A DNA stretch of 64,000 nt, taken from positions 135,798 through 199,797 of the forward strand of contig JAQGDQ010000426.1 of assembly GCA_030141605.1 (NCBI GenBank), given 5' to 3'. This document shows positions 12,929 to 25,469 of the stretch, one piece after another. Origin of the DNA: Tubiluchus corallicola. Taxonomy: Eukaryota; Animalia; Priapulida. The notes beneath the pieces were generated by a model that was not told the DNA's origin, ran no database searches, and saw only the letters and a list, made by a program, of their open reading frames with translations. Every line of letters starts with the position of its first letter. Within the stretch, counting starts at the first letter, position 1. Position numbers and translations under genes: made by a program.

Positions 12929-13654
12929 TATATCACCAAAAACAACCGACTAGACGCGATACGTGGAAACGACAAAATGTGCAGAACACAAAATTCGCTT
13001 TCCAGTGCGTTTTTGGCGACAAAATGGATCCAGTATTTATCAGGTGTTTAAAACAGCAAAACACGCCTCTGGTCAAGCGGGGCCAGTCATTAGGAAAGTG
13101 TCGTCTTTAGCGTGTTGCCTAGGAAGGGAAGCATTATAAATTACCACCTCGAGCAATATCAAACTTGTTTCAGGCAGTCAGGCAGTTTTTGTCGAATGTT
13201 GAAAAAGTTTACTTCAAACATGCATTTCTTTACTTACCAATGTCATTGTCAGGGACATTTTCATGTTGCTTCTTAATTAATATAAGTCTGCGTGGAAATG
13301 TTTATTTAATTGAGGTTATTAATTATAAATGTGACGCAGTTGGCAAATTTATAAGAGAATTCTGTCTTGAGATTTGTTGAGTAGAATAGGATTGTGGATG
13401 CGCCCATTCCAGGCAAAGAAACGGCAAAAATCAGTATGGAACTGTGCGATAGACCTGCAATTTATTAAAATAACAGATCACAAAAAGTGCTTAAGAATGT
13501 GTTAAAGATTGGTCAAGATTTCGGACTGCAACCACGCAGTCCAGTGTTTAAGAATAGCGGGTGCCAGGGCCAAGGCAAATAGCCTACATTCGTTATTTGG
13601 GTGTTGCCTCCTTGCCTGTACTGTTGTCTGTACAAGACGCTAATCAGCCATTGT

Positions 13655-14038
13655 AAAGCAAAGTAAAGTAAAGTAAAGTAAAGTAGAAGTAGAAGTAGAA
13701 GTAGAAGTAGAAGTAGAAGTAGAAGTAGAAGTAGAAGCAGAAGTAGAAGTAGAAGTAGAAGTAGAAGTAGAAGTAGAAGTAGAAGTAGAAGTAGAAGTAG
13801 AAGTAGAAGTAGAAGTAGAAGTAGAAGTAAAGTAAAGTAAAGTAAAGTAAAGTAAAGTAAAGTAAAGTAAAGTAAAGTAAAGTAAAGTAAAGTAAAGTAA
13901 AGTAGAAGTAGAAGTAGAAGTAGAAGTAGAAGTAGAAGTAGAAGTAGAAGTAGAAGTAGAAGTAGAAGTAGAAGTAAAGTAAAGTAAAGTAAAGTAAAGT
14001 AAAGCAAACCAAAGTATAGAAAAGTAAAGTAAAGTAAA
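13655..14038. repeat. Compound microsatellite (AAGTA)n/(AAGTAG)n
   Basis: Directly visible alternating penta- and hexanucleotide blocks; explains the low-complexity ORFs here. Confidence 0.97.
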
Positions 14039-15500
14039 CATTGGTGCCAATGTTGTCTGTTAAATGAACGACGGTAAAAAAATGTTGGCTTTGTCTTTGT
14101 CTTTTCGTTTGTTTTTATCGATAACTTTTTTATTTTTGATAACGCCCACTAGGTGACCTGGCATATTCGTCACGTGACTGGAAACATCCGGGCCAGTGGC
14201 AGAGGGCCAACGCTGCTTGTTTTTCGTGCGCCACCACGGAAGTGAATTTGGTGTCATATAATTCTTCAACCGGTTAAGACAATCTTTTTATTCTGATACA
14301 GCAAGCATCAATAGCAACTTCATTAACTTGAACGATAATGAAAAGTTAAAATTCGCAATGCGTGTGTGTGTGTGGGGGGGGGGGGGGGGATAGCGACTGC
14401 GTTATAACCAAATTAGTCGCCCGTGACATTTTTAAGTGTTTTAAAAAAGGAGTTAAATAGTACTAGCATGGTAAACATTGATAACATTATTTATTATTTT
14501 TTCATGATATGCTAACTGTATCTATATTAAAGTTACATAAATTTCTTGTTTGTTATGGGTATTTTTTTGGTTCTGTAGCTATAATGTAATAGCTCTGTTT
14601 CATACTTTTGTATTTTGTTGTTGTTTTGTTGTATGTATGTCATTGTAATGTAATATATGCCAATAATAAATTGTATAATTGTTGTAAGTGAACAGTAAGC
14701 AACAATTACAATGCAAAAACTGGGAAGTGTTTTGTAAAGATTTTATTTGTTTTTGTAAAACAAATCAAATGTTTCCTAGTGTTGAAAGAGCGCACACGAG
14801 TTACTTTTCATTTACAAAGCTTTTATTTACAGAAGCACAGCACCCTAAAATAGGTTTAAACGTTCGAAAAACTTAATGAGGTATTTACAGTTACTTCGTT
14901 AGATTTTTCAATAATTCTCTATATAATTTTCTACAATTTCGTTAGTGCATGCCGCAGGTGGGCCAAGATGCTCTCGATCAAAAGCTTCTTATTAGATCAC
15001 TCTAGCTGACAAAATTAGACCGATTAAATCTAATTTAAATCAGATTTTACAATGAACGGGTTTTTAATTATGGGCTTTCCTATATTAGATTTTAATCAAT
15101 GTTACTATAATCTGAAATCCATTCCATTTCTCAACATTTTGTGATTCTAAGTAAATGATATCAACGTACGTATAAGTAATTAAGCACAGAGGGTCAATAT
15201 GACATGGTTAAGCTGTGAAAAACTTAGAAGCTCTACGTTTCTAGTTACATCTATAAAACAACAACAAACAATAACAAAAAGGCCTATTCATTTTCCTTTG
15301 TATCACAGCATCCGTAAACGTGTGAAATACTATGTGTTTATTTAGCAACGTTACTAAGAATTAAAGTCAAAAATATTTATTTACAAAACATTCTTGATGG
15401 CTTAGATTAACAGCAAACAGTCTGTTTGCGACACCATATGTCCGCGACGAATGCAAGTAGAGTACCAATTTTCATGAATTTTTTTGGGGAAAAATGCATG

Positions 15501-15607
15501 GCCCAGTTTTACAAAACCGTTACCAACTTAAATATGTCGTTATTAATAGTTAAGCTAACGTAACAGAGACGACGTAAACTCAGTGACGACTTTGTGAAAC
15601 TAGCCCC
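15501..15607. mobile_element. Small MITE-like element with imperfect TIRs
   Basis: GGCCCAGTTTTACAAAACCGTTAC ... GTGACGACTTTGTGAAACTAGCC imperfect inverted termini; no clear TSD. Confidence 0.45.
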
Positions 15608-16714
15608 AGGTCTCAAATCTAAGACGTTTTAAAAATAATAACCTTGCTATCGATCTGAATGCATTGCAAAAAGGAGTTTTTATTCCCTGGTGCTGTACGT
15701 ACTTTTGCTGTTACTAGGACACGTCGGATAAGACGAGCTAATGTCGTACACAGGCTAATATCGGACAATGAACTTCACGTTGTTAATAAAAACAAAGAAA
15801 CATTGACACCCCTTTTCCCCTTCTTTATTAATAAAGGAAAGGAAAAAGCGGTTCATTGTACTTTGTTATTTTTATTAAATCCTGAAGCTCATTGACCGAC
15901 ATTAGTCATTTCTGCCATGTACGTAATTATTATATTTCACGATTTCTTTGTATATAAACAAATTTTGCAATAACTGCGCTGCCACTTTAACATCAAATAG
16001 CATTCATATCAAATATTAATATTTCTCAACGTTGTGTTATTGTTTTTTTTCGCAATTATGAGACAAATAAAGATGAACTTACTTTATTAGACCTAGGTGT
16101 TATGTAAAAATAATTTCTTTACTAGAATACTAAAATAAGGCATCAGTATAGATCATCGAAACAATATGTGTTAAATGCGAAATGTATCAGTTTCTGCTTT
16201 TCGTTACGAGGCAAAAATTAAAATTTTTGTATAGCTTGATCAATCTTTAGAAACTTGTTAAAAGCCGTGTCATCAAACGCAGATAAAGCTGGACAATAAA
16301 TTCTTCAGCCCAAAATCTTTTTCAAAAAAATGAAGGATTAAATTACTGTTTGAAGGAAAATTCCCTCTGTGACATGATTTATCTATAAATTATAATCGAA
16401 AACGCTGACTGGCTGACCAGGCATATGTATCTGTCACGTGACTGTCACGAATACATCCGGGCTTATGTCACTGACAGACGGCTGATGCAACCTGCGCAGG
16501 AAATTTTATGCGCCACCACCTCAAAGTTAATTTCGTGGCGCATCTTGTATTCTGTGGTCGGTTTTGTGGAATTTTTATTTTTAAAACTTTCAGAATCAAA
16601 TTTATATATGGCTGACGTTGAAAATTTCAACACGTAACTTTTGGTATCTCCCTGATTTTAGTTGTACACAGCAGAGTGGAGGGACGAATAAATTGAGCAT
16701 TGGTGATTTGCCTA

Positions 16715-16865
16715 TTATAGAGGTGACAGGGCTTCGATTTGGGCTTCCGTTAGATCCGGATGCCAGAAATCTACTAACAAAACTAGCCGATAGGCGTCGC
16801 CATCGTTCCACACTTCGTGATCGAATGAGTCGTCGAAGATTATCACTTTGCCCTCTTTCCATGCT
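16715..16865 (-). CDS. ASPH: ASPH coding exon 10 (C-terminal oxygenase domain)
   Basis: (R)AWKEGKVIIFDDSFDHEVWNDGDAYRLVLLVDFWHPDLTEAQIEALSPL*; matches the ASPH C-terminus W.EGKV.IFDDSF.HEVW...R..I.D.WHP (second Fe-ligand His and 2OG-binding Arg); phase-2 acceptor consistent. Confidence 0.97.
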
Positions 16866-17292
16866 CTAGAAATGAAAAAAGTGTGATACTATCTAGGATT
16901 ACTTATATTTTTTATACAAAGACATTCAAGGCAGATCTTTCTTCGTAATTGTTGTCTTGCAAATGCTTTAAGTAATGCTTACAAATGCTTTAAGTAATGC
17001 TAATCAAAAAATTTTATAATTTGAATCTGCAACACTCAACAAAATCTGCCAGTAGTAACAACAATCAACAATTTTTGTAACTGCATATTTTATTTGTGTA
17101 ATTTAGCATCACTATGCCAAATGTTTTTTTCCATTTATATTCACTTACCAGACATTGTGTTTATGTAATCATACCAGCGTTCTTTAATTTTACATTTGCA
17201 GTTACATAGTTACAAGTATAGTTACAGTTGTTCTAATTTCACTATAGAACGCATTTCTAATTTACTTTTTTACCTCATAAACTTAATATTTA

Positions 17293-17415
17293 CAGTCATT
17301 TGCAAAAGTATCAGACCACCTCCAGAAATCCACCCCCGCATCACTTGTAGCTAATATGCCTCGCCGACTGCAAGCAGCCATTGATGCTCGTGGGGGGGGG
17401 ACACAACATACTGTA
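17293..17415 (+). mobile_element. Tc1-like transposon remnant
   Basis: TA|CAGTCATTTGCAAAAGT terminus followed by ATGCCTCGCCGACTGCAAGCAGCCATTGATGCTCGTGGGGG = MPRRLQAAIDARGG, the typical Tc1 transposase C-terminus; right TIR not seen. Confidence 0.6.
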
Positions 17416-17552
17416 ATATCTTCAACAGGACTCTTAAATACAGTAAGAATACGAATCTGAACATGTTGTGTTAATTTTTCTAAGATTAGACAACAATAAT
17501 GTTTGTCTTATCAGTATATTGAGAATTATATTATTTACTATTATTGTCCAAG

Positions 17553-18041
17553 ACAGTGAGACTTAAAGGTAAAGTTCACAAAGCAGTGGTCAGACCCGCC
17601 CTAATCTATGGGCTGGAAGCTGCACCTCTAAAGAAGGCAGAAGAGAAGAAAATGGATGTGGCGGAGATGAGGATGTTGAGATGGATTGTGGGAGTAACAA
17701 GAAGGGATAAAATCAGGAATAGTAATATTAGAGGAACAGTGAAAGTAGTGGAAGCCTCGAAAAGTATACAAGAGGCAAGATTGCGATGGTATGGGCACCT
17801 GAAAAGAAGAGTTGGGGAGGATCACGTGGGAAGGGAGGTCATGGAAATGGAAGTGCTGGGAAATAGAAGAAGAGGACGACCCAAGCTGAGATGGTATGAA
17901 TGTATTAACGGAGACCTTAGAGAGAAGAACATAAATGAAAAGATGGTCAACAACAGGAATGCATGGAGAAGACTTATTCACAACGGCGACCCCGCATAGG
18001 GAAAAGCTGGAAAGAAGAAGAAGAAGAAGAAGAAGAAGAAG
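17553..18041 (+). mobile_element. 5'-truncated copy of the RTE-derived element, antisense in the last ASPH intron
   Basis: ORF 17544-17999 (KVHKAVVRPALIYGLE...RLRWYGHL.RR...RGRPKLRW) is an RTE RT C-terminus; (GAA)n tail; 16-bp TSD ACT[A/G]TTATTGTCCAAG (17537-17552, 18042-18057). Confidence 0.92.
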
Positions 18042-18414
18042 ACTGTTATTGTCCAAGCCAGTAGATTTGTTCTTACTAGAAATAATGAAGTTGAACTCAA
18101 ATGAAAATGTATTTAACTCCTGTTGTTGATTAATTGCATTATTAACCCAAAGTGTTTTTATCGTTTCATAACAATTTTGACCTGTATTTCACATAAAATC
18201 TAAATGCTATTTTAGTTTAATCAAGATTGACCATATTTTGTTGCCCGCTAATTCAAGTACATGTATTTTCTTTACTCTGGATTATATAGCAAATGCCATA
18301 ATTTTAAAATCATTAATGTTTCCTAAATTAAACTGATAACATTAATGCCCACCAGTGTCTAAAATCATTTCATCTATATTCGGTATAGGATAGCAGACTA
18401 AATGACTTTATAGT

Positions 18415-18550
18415 CTTTTCGCTATCCTTTCTCTAGTTCTAGATCTATCTATTCATTTTAACCATTCTTCAAAACTTATTAGCAATTCTTTTATTAATCA
18501 TGTTTTACCGTAGTGTTATAAAGACATAAATAAATTAAAATTGAATTGAA
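18415..18550 (+). mobile_element. LINE/SINE 3' end with AATAAA and (TTGAA)n tail
   Basis: A closely similar inverted copy lies at ~49245-49390; ends aataaattaaaattgaattgaa. Confidence 0.6.
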
Positions 18551-18705
18551 AAAATAAAGAATTTTATGTTTCCATAAAGTCACGTTTTCCTAATAAATGC
18601 CTTTTTCTCAGGGGTGGTGCGATACTTCTGCAAATGGCTTTATCAAATAAACAAGAAAATCACGTGACATTTAACATTTATACTGTTTCAGTTATACTTT
18701 CTCAC

Positions 18706-18836
18706 CTTGTTTCCTCTCCTACCCTCATTCTAGCTCCTCTAGGAACTTTTAGCCCCAAGTGTGCACGTATCCTAGTGTTTGTGGGACCCGTATGCGGCCA
18801 AACGTGGGTGCCAGGTTGCATCAGTGAAAACGTGAC
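18706..18836 (-). CDS. ASPH: ASPH coding exon 9 (Fe-binding HTGPT motif)
   Basis: VTFSLMQPGTHVWPHTGPTNTRIRAHLGLKVPRGARMRVGEET(R); near-identical to the ASPH motif PGTHVWPHTGPTN.R.R.HLGL; AG/GT ends, phase 0 to 2. Confidence 0.98.
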
Positions 18837-19007
18837 CTATAAAATTATAATATAGTTATGAAATGACCTTGAAAAAATAATAATCGGCTGCCCATTTAAC
18901 CTCACATTAAAAATTGTTCATAACAGCGCCATTGCATGTACAATTTTGCATAATAAAAAATCGATTAAAATAAACACGAAAATAAAATAGTGTGACCTTG
19001 ACCTTAC

Positions 19008-19099
19008 CTGACCTCTCTTACAGTTCGCTGCTGCTTCAATCTCGTCGATTATTGCACACGTTTTGGATGCTCGTCTGCAGTTTTTATAAATTTTTTGGC
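19008..19099 (-). CDS. ASPH: ASPH coding exon 8
   Basis: (G)QKIYKNCRRASKTCAIIDEIEAAANCKRGQ; conserved C..A.KTC and C.RGQ; phase 1 to 0. Confidence 0.95.
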
Positions 19100-19177
19100 C
19101 TGCAAAAACGTTCAAATACTAAAGGATCACGTTATAGTTATAATACTCCTAGTTCAAAAGCATATTATCGTTGTAAA

Positions 19178-19935
19178 TAGGGCCGGATTATGACTTTTGA
19201 AACCCCTAGGCTAATGAAATTGTAAGGGGCCCCTATGATGGAGCCACCCTCTAAGTTGCTCGCGCTCGACTCGAGTATTTTTTGCTTGTGATATATTTCA
19301 GCTAAATTTCCCATATTTCAAATAAAGGGCTTTAAAGAAGGGCCCTTATCTCAAATAGAGGGCCTCGAACAACCGCACTTCGTCTCAAATAAAAGACCTT
19401 AAAAGAGATCCTTTATCTCATATGAGAAGCCACTTTAAAATTGGATTTTCAGATTTCCTGGCATCCTTTTCTGAAATTGAAATTTTATTTTAAGTTATAT
19501 GTTGTTGGCATCCTTCTGTCTCGGAAGACAATGGAGTGTGCGCCAAGAGAGTCAGTTATTGATCACATTGATGGAGCTGCAGCGTCGACGGAAGACAATG
19601 GAGTGTGCGCCCAGAGAGTCAGTTATTGATCACAGTGATGGAGCTACAGCGTCGACTGTGGCTGAGCAATGCGAATGTCTCCAGGGCGCACGCCTGGGCA
19701 AGGTGTATGGAGATCCTGAGTTGCCCAGACAACAGGAAGCCCTCTCTTCCTCCCTGGTGTAGTCCAAAGGAAAGCGGAGCGATACGTTTGGCACCAGGTT
19801 GGTTGCAGGAGCTGCCGGAGTCAGTGAGCGAAGGCATAAGTTATATAAATTATTCAATAATGCAAGGCATTGGCCTGCAAGCTTGAGGGGTCCTGGGCTG
19901 CAGCGTATAATAGCCTACAGAGTAATCCAGCCCTG
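19178..19935. mobile_element. Diverged hAT-type MITE in an ASPH intron
   Basis: Termini TAGGGCCGGATTA / TAATCCAGCCCTG; candidate TSD matches only 5/8; internal ~68-bp tandem duplication and GC-richer interior. Confidence 0.55.
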
Positions 19936-20026
19936 ATTCTAAGATTAATTAGTATTAATAGGCAACACTATTAATTTCCATGAATTAATTAAACTCTATG
20001 AATTTGTTGCAAAACATTTATATTAC

Positions 20027-20159
20027 CTTGTTTGAATAAATGAAACCTTTTCCAGTCGCCGTCGGTGTAACTAAGGCCCTCGTCTTTGTACATACCGCTG
20101 GAGGAGTCCATGTATTTTATTGCTTCGTCTCGTATAGTCTCCCAGTTGTTTTCTAGAAG
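20027..20159 (-). CDS. ASPH: ASPH coding exon 7
   Basis: LLENNWETIRDEAIKYMDSSSGMYKDEGLSYTDGDWKRFHLFKQ(G); matches LE.NW..IRDE and GDW..F.L..QG; phase 0 to 1. Confidence 0.96.
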
Positions 20160-20464
20160 CTAAAATGCACAAAAGATTGTCGGAAGAGCAAAACCCGATA
20201 ACTGATCTAATAGTAAGTTTATTAATCCAATTAAAATGTGATTAATCGTGCGCGTGTCATCCTATCAACACAGCCTGTAAGTTAATGCAAAAATGAGCCA
20301 ATCTGCTCAAGTGAAGAAGTCAATTGGTGCCTTGGTGGGTCATTTGGCTAGTCAGTCGGTCAGTCAGTTAGTCGGTGCGTTTAGCACATTAATTAAAGAG
20401 GTGCATTTCTGTTGACTGGTTGGTTTGAGTTTAAGGTTTTTTTACAATGCACATGTGTGAGTAT

Positions 20465-20712
20465 AATATACACGTTATAATGAACACGTACAGTCATCTG
20501 ATTGGTCAATGGACAATTGTACACGTACAGTCATCTGATTGGTCAATGGACAATTGTACACGTGTACAGTCATCTGATTGGTCAATGGACAATTGTACAC
20601 GTGTACAGTCATCTGATTGGTCAATGGACAATTGTACACGTGTACAGTCATCTGATTTGTCAATGGACAATTGTACACGTGTACAGTCATCTGATTGCTC
20701 AATGGACAATTG
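20465..20712. repeat. 39-bp minisatellite, ~6 copies
   Basis: Unit ACAGTCATCTGATTGGTCAATGGACAATTGTACACGTGT. Confidence 0.95.
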
Positions 20713-20886
20713 AATTCGTCAGTCAATTATTTTGTTGTATTTTAAAACCACAACGTTTGGCTATTAAAAAATACAGTAAAAACACACAGGTAACTAAGAG
20801 AAAACGAGAATTATACTATCTTAATCACAAATTGCAGATGTGCAAATTTTATGCCAAAAATGTTGGTCAGATACAACATAACTAAC

Positions 20887-21030
20887 CTCAATGGCTTTTA
20901 CTTGTTTAAGTTCTTCTGGCGTCCACCAGGGTTTTGCGGTGAGACCTTCCACGTTGTAGATATTTGGGGATCTCTGCCACATAGATGGATACAAACCTTT
21001 TCTAGCTCCAGCCTTGTAAACTCGGTACGC
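20887..21030 (-). CDS. ASPH: ASPH coding exon 6 (TPR-oxygenase hinge)
   Basis: AYRVYKAGARKGLYPSMWQRSPNIYNVEGLTAKPWWTPEELKQVKAIE; matches G...S.WQRS..YNV.GL.A.PWWTP.E; phase 0 to 0. Confidence 0.97.
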
Positions 21031-21060
21031 CTGAAACAAACAAACATCATCATTTCAGTA

Positions 21061-21680
21061 TATATTACATAGTTACATAGCACTTAAACCCTTCCATATA
21101 TTACATAGTTAGCACTTCAGCCCTTCCATATATTACATAGTTAGCACTTAAACCCTTCCATATATTACATAGTTAGCACTTAAACTGTTCCATATATTAC
21201 ATAGTTAGCACTTAAACCCTTCCATATACTACATAGTTAGCACTTAAACCCTTCCATGTATTACATAGTTAGCACTTAAACCCTTCCATATATTACATAG
21301 TTAGCACTTAAACTCTTCCATATATTACATAGTTAGCACTTAAACCCTTCCATATATTACATAGTTAGCACTTAAACCCTTCCATATATTACATAGTTAG
21401 CACTTAAACTCTTCCATATATTACATAGTTAGCACTTAAACCCTTCCATATATTACATAGTTAGCACTTAAACCCTTCCATATATTACATAGATAGCACT
21501 TAAACCCTTCCAAATATTGCATAGTTAGCACTTAAACCCTTCCATATATTACATAGTTAGCACTTAAACTCTTCCATATATTACATAGTTAGCACTTAAA
21601 CCCTTCCATATATTACATAGTTAGCACTTAAACCTTTCCATATATTACATAGTTAGCACTTAAACTCTTCCATATATTAT
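21061..21680. repeat. 32-bp minisatellite, ~19 copies
   Basis: Unit CATATATTACATAGTTAGCACTTAAACCCTTC, near-perfect tandem array. Confidence 0.97.
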
Positions 21681-21738
21681 ATTGTTATGTAGTCAGACAT
21701 TACACAACACTTGAGTTAAAAAAGACAGCAGGTTGTTA

Positions 21739-21987
21739 TAGGATTTACATGTCAAATGTAGACCTACGTTAAGTCAAATGTAGATTTAGGTAATTCAAAT
21801 GTGTCTTGGTAGCTCAAATATAGTCTTAGGCAGTTCAAATGTGTTAACAATGGTTTTCAACAAATCTTAAGCGTTTTTTGGTAAGTCAAATGTAGACACA
21901 TGTCAAGTCAAATGTCCTATGTCTACATTTGACTTACCTAAGTCACATTTGAACTTTCCTATGTCCACATTTGACGTGTAAAACCTA
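21739..21987. mobile_element. MITE with ~25-bp TIRs and TA flanks
   Basis: TA|TAGGATTTACATGTCAAATGTAGAC ... GTCCACATTTGACGTGTAAAACCTA|TA with internal GTCAAATGT subrepeats. Confidence 0.7.
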
Positions 21988-22653
21988 TAGTGCCGTAAAA
22001 AATAATAGTACAAAATTATTACCTTTAATAGACAACGTAATTACCTGCTTGGAATCACAACTGAACTATTACCACATCTATTCTCAATGCTTAGCTTTTG
22101 GTCACTTCCCCCTAAACTCTCATTAGCGTTTCTGTTCTGGTATTTGACCCTACCTAATCAGTCTATAATGTGGCAATCTATTACAGCCCATAATAGTTTC
22201 TATCCATCAGTTATAAATGTGACCCGTTGTTCTTGCCGTATTTTTGACAGCAAGCAACACCTGAATAAATGTCTTATTTAATATTGTTTTCACGTTTAAT
22301 GTGGACCAATTCTTTAATTAACTAATGTGGATTTATTTAACGTTATTATTTTTGTTTTCAGTTCTTTTTGGATAATTTGTATCATTTATACTGTTTTTAT
22401 TACTATTTTTTCTTATTTGTTTTTGTTTTTGTTATCAGCGGCATCACCGTTAATTTTTTATTTACTAATCTATTTATAACAAAGGACAGGAGACTAGATG
22501 ACCCTATGGTCCTTCCCTGCTCTGCTCCATGATTATAATTACTTATTATTTAAAAAACTTTTGATGTTAAACTAATTGGAGAAAATAAATGTTCTATGTC
22601 TATATGTCTATGTCTATGTCTGTTTCGAATGCAGGCAAGGATGCCTTTCTTAC

Positions 22654-22848
22654 CTCATGTTTTTTACCATCTCTGTAATAAATGTCCGCTAGGTGGTAGA
22701 AGAATTTTGCGTCTGATGCACCGACTTCTTCACACTTTATGCCTTGCTCTAGGTGTGGTACAGACTCTTGTGCCTTGTTGTACGTAGTTTTCAAAATGAA
22801 ACCCATGTACGCATGCGCAAGACAATTTTCCGGATCTTTCTGAAGAAC
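22654..22848 (-). CDS. ASPH: ASPH coding exon 5 (TPR)
   Basis: VLQKDPENCLAHAYMGFILKTTYNKAQESVPHLEQGIKCEEVGASDAKFFYHLADIYYRDGKKHE; GFILK and D..FF.HL motifs; 195 nt, phase 0 to 0. Confidence 0.95.
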
Positions 22849-24536
22849 CTGGTTTAAAGACAGTTAAAAGAAGGCGGTCATTGTTTGGATTACACACTTT
22901 GGCAAATACATACACTAAGTGATGTTCATTAATCTTTTTGACATTTTGCATTTTATATTAATTATTTTTAACATTAATTCTTATCTGAGTATCGCCCTAT
23001 TCTAAACTGTCAAAATGCATAAAACAAAACGTCGTAAAACCAAAAATAAGTTTCCCACAGGATAAAATTAAACAAATAAATAAGTAATTATTAACTAATA
23101 ATAAGTAAATAAACAAAAATGCAAATATATGAAAAATATGAGCAACGCAGAACTTTAAACAATGTAGTACTGTACACTACATATGTGTTGGGCTATTACT
23201 AAACTTTAACTAGAAATTCTATAAAAAAAAATCCCTCTGGGTTGAAAAACGCACAGTTAAGGTAGTCTCCTGATTCTAAAAACCATAACACTAAAAAGCA
23301 GCGTCATTTTGTAATTCAAATTTACCAAGCATTTTTGCTGCTGAAATGAAATCAATACTGTCTTTCTTCGTTGTTTTACAGTTCACAAAAATCTCAGTTT
23401 TTAACACTTTGATTACCAAGTCAGAACGTTCAGATACAGTCAGCATGAAAAAGAGGGACTCCACAGACTCTGTGATACGGGAAAGGAAGCAAACAAAAGC
23501 AAGTTTACGTACGAATGAAATTACAGGGTTGTTTGATCTACAACAAATCGTTGAACATCAAATGGCAACAACAACTACTGTTCAAAATAAGATAGAACTG
23601 TTCCGAGACTGTCATAATCAGTAAGAGAGGTCAAAATGCCCCTGGGTCTCATTTTTTGTTTTCCATTCAGAAGCGCTGGTTCCTCGCGGACTTCATCAGA
23701 TGAAATCAATTTAAAAGACGATTTACGTTATACAAGTTCAGCTGATAAACTTCCCGAGGCACGAAAGCTTATGAGGGAAAAATAAAGCATTTTTGAGACT
23801 CTGTTTTAGATATAAGCACGTGGTGCCTCCTTGTGTTTGTTTTTTTTTGCAAAATGAGGCTGTTGATCGACAGGTGAGCTAGGACTTGAATTAGGCCATT
23901 GGCCTCATTTTGGAGACAGGATAGGAAAGAAGTCATTTTTGTTCAGTATGTAGTATCGCTTCATGATAAAATTTATCAGTCGAGTTCTGTTTAGCAAGTT
24001 AGTAAGATGCGGCAAAGATGTAAGTTTGATTTCCTCATATTTCGTCATGTCATATTATTATTAATTATCGTTATACCAGTTACTTAATTTTGGATTAGCA
24101 GAAAGAATTTTTATTTGCTTCAGATAAAACGAAGTCGAGTCGCACATATTATGTTAGTCAGTCAGTCAGTCAGTCAGTCAGTCAAGTCTGTCATGATGTG
24201 ATAGTGATTTCGGAATATGACGATAATTGGCCATTTTCCATTGTCATGATGACAATAAAAATCATGAATTACATCTAAAAGACTCGTATTTAGCGCATGT
24301 CGGGCACAGACCCTAAGGGCATTTTGATTCCTTTTGACATCTACCATTCGATATTCATATCGGCTATCTGTCGGCTGAATCTTTCATCCTTCGCATAGCC
24401 AAAGAATAAAAATCTTGTAGCAGTTCTAATTTTGCCATAAAACGTTCGACATTATAAACAATTTTCGTCGCTACTTGATTGGTTCACTTTTCCAAAATGA
24501 AAACCCAGCACCAGTTTTTTTTGGTGCCTTTGCTAC

Positions 24537-24673
24537 CTTCTCAAATATCTTTTCAGCTTCCATTGGCTTTCCGAAGTCGAGCAATCCTATCCCCTGCTCA
24601 TTTCTCAGCTCCATGCTATTCGGATACCTTTCTACCAGGTCGTCCAAAACTCGCTTGGCTTTCTTTTGGAACC
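24537..24673 (-). CDS. ASPH: ASPH coding exon 4 (TPR)
   Basis: (G)FQKKAKRVLDDLVERYPNSMELRNEQGIGLLDFGKPMEAEKIFEK; TPR pattern; phase 1 to 0. Confidence 0.93.
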
Positions 24674-25469
24674 CTGACAACAGAAGAAATAAGCAAACCT
24701 AATTACAAGATTCAATCAATGGTAAAACGCAAATTACTGTCAAGGATTTTAGATTATTTTATTACTTTAGTGTTTGTTAGTGTCTCTGAGAGGCATTTAT
24801 GACAACTTCAAAAGTCTCAGCTGAATTTTCATGAAACCACTGATCTTTATTTCTGCAATATTTAAAAATTAAAACAGAAAGGCAAAAGTGACTGACATTG
24901 GCTAATTTTATGAAAAGTTACATAGTTTAGTTAGATTGACAGTTATTTAGTCCATTCATAAATATCAGTGAATAAATCTAAATAAAAATTAATAGAAGTA
25001 AACTTACATCGTTGCGGCATATATCTAATGAAATGTTTCGCTAGCTTGTACAAGACACATGTTCACTCATACTACATAACAGCATAATGAAAACATAACT
25101 AGGTCAATGCCCACACTTTAAACTTTCTAGCTAGATGGAGCCACCTTGGCTACAAAATTAAAATTTATTAAGTCAGGTTCACACTGGCCTTAATAGTGTT
25201 CACTCATTCTTAACCCCCCCCATACTGTTTCTCTTTTCATTCATGTATGTATGTCTTGGCCTGGCTTCTTTTTGTCTGCTGACAGATCAAGTTACTTGGT
25301 CTGTTGGCAGTCTGTTCCTGTGTTGTTGCTTGTCTCAGTTAAACCATTTATTTGTCAAGAGTAGCAGAGTCATTATGTAAGTACATTTCTTGTTTCTCAC
25401 TGTTATTTTATTATTAATTGCTTTGCTTCTTTTTTTAAGCTCAAATTAGTTTCTTATATTTTGTTGTGA

